A stretch of 36,334 nt of DNA. Origin: a virus (lineage: Duplodnaviria > Caudoviricetes). Shown here piece after piece: positions 17,978 through 26,587 of this stretch. Numbering within the stretch: the first letter of the stretch is position 1; each line of letters opens with the position of its first letter. The notes below the pieces were generated by a model, which saw nothing but the letters and a program-made list of their open reading frames with translations, ran no database searches and was not told the origin of the DNA. The stretch lies in IMG/VR virus record IMGVR_UViG_3300048880_000020, positions 1-36,334 of that record; one strand, given 5' to 3'. The translations under genes were made by a program, and so were the position numbers.

Positions 17978-18402
17978 TGTCGTTGCTTACGCCTATTCTG
18001 ATACCAGAATAGCAAGCCCAGTATTACTAGGATACCCATAGCCACTAGGATTGCCGTCAGAGAGCCACCGGGGGCGTCTGAGGGGTTCAGAGACCAGTTC
18101 TTAGACCCACCCCCCAGAAGGTCTCCCTCGGCCTTCAGATCGGCTACAGCGGCCTCTAACTGGTCAACCTGATACTGGAGGGCAGCCTCGTCCGAAGATG
18201 AGTCCCACAGGAAGCCGAAGGCCCCGGTGATAGCAGCCGGTAGGCCCAGAACATAGGCGATGTTGTCCTTGACCTTATCAAGCAAGGACTGTGCTGACTT
18301 TAACTGTTTACCTGCTGATGCCTTTGGTGCTGGGCCGGGAAGGTCTTGGAGGACCTCGTCAATCTTTTGTTTAGCGGTTTGTAGGGATTCTTGGTGACCC
18401 AT
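17974..18402 (-). CDS. Membrane protein with two hydrophobic segments
   Basis: Internal TM, short coiled coil, then C-terminal TM and basic tail (RRKQRQ); GTGA-coupled to the lipoprotein gene. Confidence 0.7.
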   Translation of the reverse strand: MGHQESLQTAKQKIDEVLQDLPGPAPKASAGKQLKSAQSLLDKVKDNIAYVLGLPAAITGAFGFLWDSSSDEAALQYQVDQLEAAVADLKAEGDLLGGGSKNWSLNPSDAPGGSLTAILVAMGILVILGLLFWYQNRRKQRQ

Positions 18403-18436
18403 CGGACACCCCCTCAATCGCTAGGTTTGTACTCCT

Positions 18437-18459
18437 ATCGTACCACGGTGTGGTATCCT
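18437..18459. promoter_or_regulatory. Back-to-back divergent extended -10 elements
   Basis: TGGTACGAT on minus (18445-18437) and TGGTATCCT on plus (18451-18459), exactly at the strand switch. Confidence 0.6.
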
Positions 18460-18491
18460 TAGTGTGTAGTCAGGACGCCAAAGGACCGCTA

Positions 18492-18740
18492 ATGGACTTC
18501 GCATACGAAATCCCCTCTGCCACCAAAGTGGTCATATTGGGGAGGGTCATCACAGAACTAGAGCAGGAAATCTTTGAACTCTGCAACCGGCAGGGCATAG
18601 ATGTTTCCACTGTCGGTGCCGATTACGCTGCCCCAGCCGAGTTGGAAGGTGGCGACGGCACCGAGTACAGCATGGAACGGCGTCTCGTGAGTCTGAACAC
18701 ACGTTGCATCGCCGCCAAGGCCGCTAAAGCAGCCCTCTAG
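18492..18740 (+). CDS. Small helical protein (paralog 1 of 3)
   Basis: ATG 18492 with AAGGA; contains LEQEIFELCNRQGID. Confidence 0.75.
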   Translation: MDFAYEIPSATKVVILGRVITELEQEIFELCNRQGIDVSTVGADYAAPAELEGGDGTEYSMERRLVSLNTRCIAAKAAKAAL

Positions 18741-18742
18741 TC

Positions 18743-18952
18743 ATGGCGCTCACCACAGCACAGGTGACCGCAGCCAAAGCGGAAGCCAAAGAGTACTTGG
18801 AGTACTCCACGCAGGTTCTCTGCCTCGCATTGGGGGTAGACCCCGCTGCCGTCACCGCTTCCTACACCAACCCAGAGGCCAGCGGTACTGAGTTCTACAT
18901 CGCACACGAGTGCCTCAGGAAGCAGTTGGCCGCACTCGGCGCACTGGCATAG
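18743..18952 (+). CDS. Small helical protein (paralog 2 of 3)
   Basis: 2 nt after the previous stop; contains LEYSTQVLCLALGVD. Confidence 0.75.
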   Translation: MALTTAQVTAAKAEAKEYLEYSTQVLCLALGVDPAAVTASYTNPEASGTEFYIAHECLRKQLAALGALA

Positions 18953-18954
18953 CC

Positions 18955-19197
18955 ATGCCTGACACGGACCAGCAAGACATCGCCAAAGCGGCAGGGAAAG
19001 TTATCCTGTCTGAGCGCATCTTTGACGCCCCTGACGCCACCGAGGGCGACAGCCCTATCGGGTTGTGGCGAGACAACGAAGAAATCCAGTGGAACCCGGA
19101 CCTCGCTGGCTGGGAATACCCATCAGATGGGGCAATGTTCTTCTGTAACCGACTTGATCAAGGTGCGGCCCTACAACAGTTCACCGCAAGGGACTAG
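18955..19197 (+). CDS. Hypothetical protein (80 aa, Trp-rich core)
   Basis: ATG 18955 is 2 nt after the previous stop; tiles the operon. Confidence 0.7.
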   Translation: MPDTDQQDIAKAAGKVILSERIFDAPDATEGDSPIGLWRDNEEIQWNPDLAGWEYPSDGAMFFCNRLDQGAALQQFTARD

Positions 19198-19199
19198 TT

Positions 19200-19505
19200 A
19201 TGCCTTACTCAGCCGCAGATGACCTCACCCAGATTGAGTCTGACCTTGCGAACCTGCTGTTCAGCATTGGTTTGGACTGGGCCGACATCGGCACTATCAC
19301 GATTGATTCCATCCTTGATCGCATCAGGGACAACTACACGATGCAGCCCATGAACATCACCACCCCAGTTGGACGAGGTGAGGCTGGTGGGGCCTACGGG
19401 GTCACCATCGGTGCCGAAGACCACATCAAGACTCAGCATCGGTTGCTGGCACGGATGGCGCGCCAACTGTGGTACAGGCGAAACCTAGCCTTGGGGGTTT
19501 CGTAA
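19200..19505 (+). CDS. Small helical protein (probable paralog 3 of 3)
   Basis: 2 nt after the previous stop; contains IESDLANLLFSIGLD. Confidence 0.7.
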   Translation: MPYSAADDLTQIESDLANLLFSIGLDWADIGTITIDSILDRIRDNYTMQPMNITTPVGRGEAGGAYGVTIGAEDHIKTQHRLLARMARQLWYRRNLALGVS

Positions 19506-20260
19506 TGGCGCATCAGTGGTTTGAGACCAACAAGGTTGTCATGGAACTGAGCAGGGTCGGGGCTTCCTCGTCCAGCCACAACTTGAACTGGAACTCCCAT
19601 TCTGAGGACTTCACCAATGCGGTAGTTGCCCACCATGCGGCAATGAACTCTGACCGGAGAGCCACGGCTATCGGTAATGACCTTGAACTTCACTGGTGGA
19701 CAATGCTCAACAGCAAGGTTGCAGGGTGGGATGCCAACGTGTTCGCATCCGAACTCCGCTTCGTCCTCTTCCAAGAACTAGCCCAAGCAACCAACTACCT
19801 GCTTGCGCTCGCCCAGCCCTCAGAGTGGTTGGTCGAAACGATGAATGACCGCTCCAAGAACGTGACTGTTGTCAACAATGAGTGGCTCTACAACTTTGAG
19901 CAGTTCTTCCTCACTATCCCAGAGATCGCCGCCTACGCGGACACCCAGTACAGCACCGTTGCCGTCCAAGACGTTCTCGCGGGGACAGGTGCGGGCACTT
20001 ACGACTTCATCCAGATCCGCATGAAGGACGTACTGGGAACCAGTACGAAGAAACTAGACGCCTACCTGTCAATGCTTTCGGTAGGCGGGCTGATGCAGAT
20101 TGAGGACTCTGGGTCCTACGGGTCCCTCTATGGCAACCACGCTCAACTGGTGTGGCACCCCTACGCCAAACTGAACCGGCACCTAGTGGCCCAAGACAAC
20201 TTGACTGTCTTCCACCTTGCCACGGATGATGGAACCACCGTCATCAGACGAGACTCGTAA
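19505..20260 (+). CDS. Class I SAM-methyltransferase-like protein, divergent
   Basis: TAATG-coupled. LLALAQP..., YDFIQI, YLSMLSVGGLMQIED and terminal GTTVIRR resemble O-methyltransferase elements, but no glycine-rich motif I is evident. Confidence 0.45.
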   Translation: MAHQWFETNKVVMELSRVGASSSSHNLNWNSHSEDFTNAVVAHHAAMNSDRRATAIGNDLELHWWTMLNSKVAGWDANVFASELRFVLFQELAQATNYLLALAQPSEWLVETMNDRSKNVTVVNNEWLYNFEQFFLTIPEIAAYADTQYSTVAVQDVLAGTGAGTYDFIQIRMKDVLGTSTKKLDAYLSMLSVGGLMQIEDSGSYGSLYGNHAQLVWHPYAKLNRHLVAQDNLTVFHLATDDGTTVIRRDS

Positions 20261-20261
20261 C

Positions 20262-20270
20262 TGCTAACCT
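20262..20270 (+). promoter_or_regulatory. Extended -10 element TGCTAACCT, probably leaderless
   Basis: 6 nt upstream of ATG 20277. Confidence 0.5.
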
Positions 20271-20276
20271 AGAGGC

Positions 20277-21293
20277 ATGTCTCAGACTGACCTTGAGGGC
20301 TGTATCTGGCCGCAGATCCACGTCACTGACGCAGACTGTGAAGTCATCGACGGTTTGGAGTACGAGGATCTAGGCAACGGCGTTATCGTTTTCCGCAATG
20401 TTGTCCAAGTGGATCAGAAGCCTCTCTTTGAATACATTGACGAGTACGCCGTCCACTCCACACCGGGCGTCTACCTCAAGGAGTTTGAGGGTAAGAGTTG
20501 GTGCGAAGACCGGGTCGGGAACAGGATGCCGGTAGAGAACTACTACCAGAACCCTTACCGACTAGGTGGCTTCGGTGACAGCAAACCGGTCATGGAGTCA
20601 ACCCCACCAGCGATGAGGGACTTCTTCTTCCACAACGAACACCAGATTTATATGTGTTTGATGAAGTACATCGACATCTACACCCATGTTCTGAACTCTA
20701 TGTGGTGGAGGTTCCGAGGCAATGTCCTTAAGTACTACAAGGGTGGGCGTATCGGGATGCACAGTGACAACGACACCAGTTACAAGAGCAAAGACGGCCA
20801 ACGGATAGAAACCGACCGGCCCGAAGCCATCTACCAAGTCCTTTCCACCATCACCTACTACAACGACTGTGTAGACACTGAAGAGGAACTAGACGGAACC
20901 AACTTCACAGGCGGGGAAATGTGGTTCCCCTACTTAGACAACCTCACGTACAAGCCAAGAACGGGAGACATCCTGTTCTTCCCCGCCAACTACGTAGGCA
21001 CCCACGGGGTACACGAAATCACTGGCGGTATTCGTTACGACTACCAGTCCGTCTTCGGGCAAGGCCAACACAAGGACCAGCCTTCTCCGTTGATCCCGAT
21101 TTACGAAACCAACCATCCCCCGTGGTGCCAGCCAACGTACCTCCCGTGGCTCCACCAAGACTGGGAGCGCTTCTCTAAATCTGAATACTCCAGATGGAGC
21201 GGACAGCACCCACCCAACAGTGAGATCAACCCCTTGAACCGGCCCCCTGAGGCGAAACCAATCGGACCCGTAATGCGATATGACGAACTTTGA
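20277..21293 (+). CDS. 2OG-Fe(II) oxygenase, prolyl-4-hydroxylase-like (1)
   Basis: LKY..GG.IGMHSD, YYND, GGEMWFP, GDILFFP, THGV and GIRY give HxD...H...R. Confidence 0.88.
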   Translation: MSQTDLEGCIWPQIHVTDADCEVIDGLEYEDLGNGVIVFRNVVQVDQKPLFEYIDEYAVHSTPGVYLKEFEGKSWCEDRVGNRMPVENYYQNPYRLGGFGDSKPVMESTPPAMRDFFFHNEHQIYMCLMKYIDIYTHVLNSMWWRFRGNVLKYYKGGRIGMHSDNDTSYKSKDGQRIETDRPEAIYQVLSTITYYNDCVDTEEELDGTNFTGGEMWFPYLDNLTYKPRTGDILFFPANYVGTHGVHEITGGIRYDYQSVFGQGQHKDQPSPLIPIYETNHPPWCQPTYLPWLHQDWERFSKSEYSRWSGQHPPNSEINPLNRPPEAKPIGPVMRYDEL

Positions 21294-22104
21294 TGCCAGC
21301 ACTCCAGAGATAACTCCAGAAGTAGTAGGCGAGTTACTCCAATACGAGGCGCACCATCTAGGCGGCGGCGTAGTTCACTTCCCCAGCGTTGTTCCTGTCC
21401 CACCAAACCTCCTGCACTGGATCGACCAGAGGGAAGAGGCGGCAACGGCCACACGGTGGACCTACGAAACTGATGCAGACGGGAACACCTACGCTCTAAA
21501 CGAAGATAGAAACCAGTTCCAACTGTACGACGTGGGCGAATCCCCCGTTCGGGTGCATGACCTTGATGGCGGGGAAACCCTCCAACTGTTTGAGGACACC
21601 CTGTATAAATGCGCTCTCAGGTACATCCACATCTTCCCACTGGTCCTAGGGACCCTGTGGTGGCGTTGCAGAGGCCACTTCCTCAAGTATGGCACCGGCT
21701 ATTACATGGGAGTCCACAACGACAACAACACCACATACCGTGTGAGTCAGGGCGAGCGCACCATCCCCCACAGTCAGGTCGCAGCAAGACAGACGATAGC
21801 CCTAGTAGTAACACTCAACGAGGGGTACACAGGTGGGACCTTCAGGTTCCCGTACCTAGACATTGAACTGACTACCAAGACCGGCGACATCCTTATCTTC
21901 CCCGCCAACTTCATGGGTTCCCACGAGGTCACTCCAGTGCTGGAAGGCGACAGGTACTCCTATCTGGAGTTCTACTCCCAAGGGAGTTCCCACCCGGAGA
22001 TAGGCATAGACGTGTCAGAACCAGAGAACCTCAATGCTTGGTACCCGCCACACTGGCTTAACAACATCTTCGACGACTACGCCAAGGTGTCAGCGAGAGA
22101 TTAG
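21280..22104 (+). CDS. 2OG-Fe(II) oxygenase, prolyl-4-hydroxylase-like (2)
   Basis: LKY...MGVHND, LNEGYTGGTFRFP, GDILIFP, SHEVTPVLEGDRY. Confidence 0.88.
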   Translation: MTNFDASTPEITPEVVGELLQYEAHHLGGGVVHFPSVVPVPPNLLHWIDQREEAATATRWTYETDADGNTYALNEDRNQFQLYDVGESPVRVHDLDGGETLQLFEDTLYKCALRYIHIFPLVLGTLWWRCRGHFLKYGTGYYMGVHNDNNTTYRVSQGERTIPHSQVAARQTIALVVTLNEGYTGGTFRFPYLDIELTTKTGDILIFPANFMGSHEVTPVLEGDRYSYLEFYSQGSSHPEIGIDVSEPENLNAWYPPHWLNNIFDDYAKVSARD

Positions 22105-22923
22105 CGGGGGAACCCAGTGCCTGTCGTTGATTGGACCTTCTAACCAAGCGTCCACATGGCCTCTATGTCCTGACGCAGGAGTGCCCTGACAGTAGAACTG
22201 TAAGTAGGAGATGCGCTCCCCCGCAGTAACCGTCTTCACCCCGTGTGCCCCTGTGTAACTGGAGGGGTACATAGCGACCGACCCCGGCCCCAACTTACGG
22301 GTAACCCCAGCGTGTGGGAAGAACAACTCGCCACCCTCACATTCGTCCTTTAACACGATGGCGGTTGTGACGACATTGTGAATGGGAAACTCGGTAACAG
22401 GTCGATCTCCCTCACCAGAGTCCAACCCGAGATTCCACTCATCGTTGCCCCTCTCGTAGTTCTGATCCGAGTGTGGGCCTAGGTTCATACCGGGACCATA
22501 TATGGCGACATGACTCGGGGTTCGCCACCAAATGGAGGTACGGACCTCAGGATACAGACGCATGTACACACGCAGACACTCAGCCAGTAGAGCGTCTATG
22601 CGCTCTACGAAGGCCAAGTCTTCCTCGTTGGCCCCGTGCTTCAACCCCACCAACCGACCGGGAGACTGCATGAACTGCTCTGGAGTGAACTTGTAGCCCC
22701 CGCGATTGATGTAGTTCCCATCTTCGTCAATGATGTATTCCTCGTGCATGTCCGTCCGAACCCGACGGTCGACATACTCCTCAGGTTCCTGTTGCTGCCT
22801 ACGTAGGACCCACCCGTCCAACCACTCTTGGTCTAGTTCAGGTTGGAGGGCATCAGGGAATATGACTAGCCCACAGCCGTGTTGCTCTGGGTCAGTGAGA
22901 TGGGGGCTAACCGGAATACGCAT
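22090..22923 (-). CDS. 2OG-Fe(II) oxygenase, prolyl-4-hydroxylase-like (3)
   Basis: IY.PG..LGPHSD, EGGELFFP, AHGVKTVTAGER. Confidence 0.87.
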   Translation of the reverse strand: MRIPVSPHLTDPEQHGCGLVIFPDALQPELDQEWLDGWVLRRQQQEPEEYVDRRVRTDMHEEYIIDEDGNYINRGGYKFTPEQFMQSPGRLVGLKHGANEEDLAFVERIDALLAECLRVYMRLYPEVRTSIWWRTPSHVAIYGPGMNLGPHSDQNYERGNDEWNLGLDSGEGDRPVTEFPIHNVVTTAIVLKDECEGGELFFPHAGVTRKLGPGSVAMYPSSYTGAHGVKTVTAGERISYLQFYCQGTPASGHRGHVDAWLEGPINDRHWVPPLISR

Positions 22924-23626
22924 CAGTCCACGCCTTGTCTATCCGAGAATACATCTCTGGATTAGGGGGAGCGTTGTCGATGATGAGACGCCGCTTGTAG
23001 TCCTTGGCGTCCTCTGGCGCTATCTCTCCAATGAAGGGGAACACCGCAGGGTCCAGCATGTCCACGATTGTCTGGGACTTGTCGCCGCTCATGTACAAGA
23101 AGCGCACCTCTTGATTTGTGTCAGGGCTATCTACGTTGGGGCCACGAGGGGGGTGGTCTGGCCTATCGGGGCGCAGCGTGCCGGGTGAAGGAGGGTACCC
23201 ATAGATGGCAGCAGACACGAAATCGGCCCCCGCTGCTTCAACGTAGGTTGCCATGCCACGTTCCCACCGGGACTCGGATGGGTCATCAAGGATCGTGTTG
23301 CAGTCAACGTAGATTCCCGTGAACCCTGCCTTCATTACTTCCTCCGCCACGGGGAACTGGGCATCCTCTTGCGGGGTGTCCTTCTGGAAGACAGCAAAGA
23401 CCCCCCGCCCATCACAGATAGACACGACCACGTCAGCGTGCCACACCATCTCTTGGATGCTTCCAACGTCCTCAAACCCGGCTGTTTGCGCTCGGTTGCG
23501 TGTCCGATTGGACCGCCCTTCCGTAGCACAAATCACCGTGTGCCCGTTTGCTGCAAAGGCTTTGCCTAGGGTCAAGCCCATCGTGCCGGGGTGCAGTAGA
23601 CCTACTTTAACTGGGGGGGAAGTCAA
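22907..23626 (-). CDS. NAD(P)-binding oxidoreductase (6PGDH/3-hydroxyisobutyrate dehydrogenase-like N-terminal domain)
   Basis: KVGLLHPGTMG...GRSNRTRNRA..AG, ADVVVSIC, IYVDCN, FVSAAIYGYPP. TTG start with AAGGA upstream. Confidence 0.75.
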   Translation of the reverse strand: MTSPPVKVGLLHPGTMGLTLGKAFAANGHTVICATEGRSNRTRNRAQTAGFEDVGSIQEMVWHADVVVSICDGRGVFAVFQKDTPQEDAQFPVAEEVMKAGFTGIYVDCNTILDDPSESRWERGMATYVEAAGADFVSAAIYGYPPSPGTLRPDRPDHPPRGPNVDSPDTNQEVRFLYMSGDKSQTIVDMLDPAVFPFIGEIAPEDAKDYKRRLIIDNAPPNPEMYSRIDKAWTDAYSG

Positions 23627-24443
23627 GGCTGTAACCGTCCTTCATGTATATGTTTGTGGCCGTCTTAGCCAACTCTGGTTCTTCTCTTGGGTCCACGACG
23701 TTCTCACGCACGTCTGGGTTGGGGGTACCCTGACAGTACCACCCTAAGTAAGTGTAGCGAATGCCTGCCCCCACAGGTTTCACCTCGTGGGCAGCAACGT
23801 AGTTGGAAGGAAAGAACAGAATGTCTCCCTTGCGGGGCTTGTACGTAATCCCCAAGTACTTAAAGTGGTGGTGCCCGTCAGTGAAGTTGGTGCCATCCAA
23901 CTCATCCTCGGAGTCCACACAGTCGTTCAGGTAGGCCACGACGGAAACCACATTTCTGGTTGCCAGTTGGTCCACCGGGTGGGGCTTGCCGTACTCGTAG
24001 TCAGTACTGACATCAGAATGCTTGCCTAGGTATACCCCCGGAGGGTAAGCCACCAGATGGCTCTTGATCTTCCACCAAATGCACTTCCCTGCCAAGGGGA
24101 ACTTGTGGAGGTAATCCCACAGGCAGGCATCTCGGGCAGTTTCAATCATGTCCAAGGCTGTAACCACCTCGGGGCGTGGGTTCTGATGCACGGCTGACCC
24201 ACGCCACGGCATCCTGTCCACGGCGCTCTTAGAGAAGTAGTAACCGCTGCGGTTGATGTACCCCTCCTCCCCTGAGAGTGGGTCAACACCGGGGGTGTAC
24301 ATACCAGCACGCTCTTCAGCGAGCGTCGTCTGGCAGAAGTCTCTCATCCAGTCCCAGTCAAGGGTGAATGCCCCATCGTAGAGAACAACCCCACCGCCTA
24401 GGTGGTCCCCGGTCTTCACGACTCGTGAGATGGGACTAACCAA
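23607..24443 (-). CDS. 2OG-Fe(II) oxygenase, prolyl-4-hydroxylase-like (4)
   Basis: AY.PG.YLGKHSD, YLND, GDILFFPS, AHEVKPVGAGIRY. Confidence 0.88.
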   Translation of the reverse strand: MVSPISRVVKTGDHLGGGVVLYDGAFTLDWDWMRDFCQTTLAEERAGMYTPGVDPLSGEEGYINRSGYYFSKSAVDRMPWRGSAVHQNPRPEVVTALDMIETARDACLWDYLHKFPLAGKCIWWKIKSHLVAYPPGVYLGKHSDVSTDYEYGKPHPVDQLATRNVVSVVAYLNDCVDSEDELDGTNFTDGHHHFKYLGITYKPRKGDILFFPSNYVAAHEVKPVGAGIRYTYLGWYCQGTPNPDVRENVVDPREEPELAKTATNIYMKDGYSLDFPPS

Positions 24444-25234
24444 GCGTCTTCGTGGCCTCCGTGGTACGCCGCCCGATCAAACACCCTTTGACCCTGCTCA
24501 AACCCATCGCTTACCGCATGGGCGAAACGAATGCCGTTGAATATCACCATGTCCCCCTCCAGCCATGAGTACCACCGTTGGTACTCTGGTAGGTACATGA
24601 AGTCCTGAATCCATTGGTTCACAGCAGCAATGTCGCCCGTGGACAGGTCAGGACAGGTTTCAGGGTCCAACCGGTACGGAGGCGTGGTGGTATTGGCATA
24701 CCCCTGAGCGTGTACAACCATCTTGCCAGACATCGGATCTTCCATGAACAGCAGGTGGGGGTGCTGGAGGGTCGGTTCAGGGATGTATGAAACCTGCTCC
24801 TCCAACATGCGTGCGTCCTTCAGGGACTCTTTCCACTCAGCAGGCATCACGTTGTAGCACTCGTGCATATCCACAAAGCCTGTCTGCCCACCCGGCCACT
24901 CTGTGGGCTCGTGAGGCACTTTAAAGGTGTGCATGTTGAGGGCGATTACCTGTGGCAGATGTTCCTTGTAGGTGTCTTCCATGTGCCAAGCCAGAAAGAG
25001 CCCGCCAGACAGGATGGCTGGGTTCTCTACGGCCTGACGAAACCTCGTGCCATGATCTACGTCTTGGGCAACCGGGCTATCGTCCATGCCCAACGCTTGT
25101 GTTACTTCAGTGAACTCGTCACGGATCAGCCCTATCTGACGAAATGCTATGCACCCCTCCGCCAACAGGGCGTCTGTGTACTTAGCAGGGGCTGCGATGA
25201 TTTCCTCTTTAGTGACTCCATTAAACTCAATCAT
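24416..25234 (-). CDS. TauD/TfdA-family 2OG-Fe(II) dioxygenase
   Basis: EGCIAFRQ, WHMED, GGQTGFVDM..CY, HPH, W.EGDMVIFN...AH, RVFDR. Confidence 0.8.
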   Translation of the reverse strand: MIEFNGVTKEEIIAAPAKYTDALLAEGCIAFRQIGLIRDEFTEVTQALGMDDSPVAQDVDHGTRFRQAVENPAILSGGLFLAWHMEDTYKEHLPQVIALNMHTFKVPHEPTEWPGGQTGFVDMHECYNVMPAEWKESLKDARMLEEQVSYIPEPTLQHPHLLFMEDPMSGKMVVHAQGYANTTTPPYRLDPETCPDLSTGDIAAVNQWIQDFMYLPEYQRWYSWLEGDMVIFNGIRFAHAVSDGFEQGQRVFDRAAYHGGHEDAWLVPSHES

Positions 25235-25868
25235 CCCAGTACCTCAAATGCTCTTCGCGGTCGTATAACATTTGTATACTCTCCAAAGTCTTAGATACCA
25301 GTTCTTCTCGGTCGGAGTCGCTCTCCATGTGGTGCATGGATGCGTACAGCACATCTAGTACGCCCTGCAACAGCACGTCCACTGGTGGGGGCTCGGTGAA
25401 CTGGGAAGCCATGTACAGGTGGCCCCAGTCCAGCGGCCTGTCCTCCACCTCAGGGTAGTTTCTCCAGTCAGGGTAGTGCCACCCGTTACCTATATGTCGA
25501 AGTTCTATCGGAGTGTTTATGACCTCTGCTAGTGCCTCTTCACGAGACAGCACGTCCTCACCGTTAAACAATACCCACGCTAGCGAACCGTTGCGGTTGA
25601 ACACCAAGGCCCTGCTGTTCAGGTACTGCTTATGGTATGGGGCTATCTTGGCTGCCCTCAGGGAGCCACTATGGGTTGCTATGGACGAGAACCCCTCTAG
25701 GTGGGCCAGCCTTTCACACAACTCAGCCAAATCTGATGGCAAGTGGCGTGAGAAGTTGTTGTAGCCGACCAGTAGAACCTGCCCCTCGTAAGGCTTGAAC
25801 AGGGGGTCCCCATAAATCCCTCGCGTGTGCGTCCACGGGATGTGATCCCCCTCCTTCATGTGGATCAT
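25227..25868 (-). CDS. Hypothetical protein within the oxygenase cluster
   Basis: 213-aa ORF overlapping both neighbours by a few nt; no motif recognised. Confidence 0.7.
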   Translation of the reverse strand: MIHMKEGDHIPWTHTRGIYGDPLFKPYEGQVLLVGYNNFSRHLPSDLAELCERLAHLEGFSSIATHSGSLRAAKIAPYHKQYLNSRALVFNRNGSLAWVLFNGEDVLSREEALAEVINTPIELRHIGNGWHYPDWRNYPEVEDRPLDWGHLYMASQFTEPPPVDVLLQGVLDVLYASMHHMESDSDREELVSKTLESIQMLYDREEHLRYWDD

Positions 25869-26587
25869 TCGGGCACGTCCAGTATCACGGCACGGTCGGC
25901 CTTGGGTCCGATGCGCTCACCCTTCTCATCCAACCCAGTCCTGATACTCCCCATCCAAGTCCACGGCTGCTCTTGGTTCTGCTTCATCTTGGCTTCCCCA
26001 TACACCTGACGGGCCTTCATCTGCTCAGGCTTGTCCCAGTAGTTCTCCACTTCTAACTCAACCTCAGATAGCAGGTTGTCGTAGTACACCTGAAAGAACA
26101 TGAACGGCATCCCCTTGGGGAAGATCACCGGGGTGTCCTGCTTCGTGATCTTCCAGTTCATGTTCCACTCATCAGGCCACCAGTGCGTGGGGATGGTCGC
26201 CGTCAGGGGCACCGCCCCATCCACAAAGTAGTTAGGGGACCCTGAGATCCAAGTACTAACCCCCGGTGGGGTGCGGACGGACCACCCAGTCTCAAACGAC
26301 ATGATCCCGATGATGCTGGGAGTAACAACTGTTCTGGTGTACTCGTGGCCGTCCGTAGTATGTGTCATCTTCTCACCCGACAGCACTCGTGGTACCGTGT
26401 TACCCCCGTCCCATTGGACTACCACGTCCTGCTGTAACTGCATCTCCCAACCGTGAGTGTTGGCAGTCGTCATCGGCAGGCACTTATAGGCGTGCTTGTT
26501 GTAGGTGTCGTCCATCCAGTCTCTCCGTGGGCGGGACTGTGCAATCACGGGTGGATTCTGGTGGGTGCGGGTCAGAGTCACTTTCAC
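25865..26587 (-). CDS. DUF6065-like protein
   Basis: RDWMD...HAYKCLPMTTANTHGW, RTPPG...SGSPNYF, T.WWP...MNWKIT, FPKGMPF. Confidence 0.7.
   Translation of the reverse strand: MKVTLTRTHQNPPVIAQSRPRRDWMDDTYNKHAYKCLPMTTANTHGWEMQLQQDVVVQWDGGNTVPRVLSGEKMTHTTDGHEYTRTVVTPSIIGIMSFETGWSVRTPPGVSTWISGSPNYFVDGAVPLTATIPTHWWPDEWNMNWKITKQDTPVIFPKGMPFMFFQVYYDNLLSEVELEVENYWDKPEQMKARQVYGEAKMKQNQEQPWTWMGSIRTGLDEKGERIGPKADRAVILDVPE

Noticed and set aside
18420-22110. Recombinase-driven invertible segment
   Set aside because: No flanking inverted repeats or recombinase gene were found by eye; the right boundary is a coding overlap.
23607-23626. C7 tract in the oxygenase 4 / dehydrogenase overlap as a frameshift or phase-variation fusion site
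   Set aside because: The downstream TTG has its own AAGGA SD, short overlaps are the norm in this cluster, and the run is explained by Pro codons.
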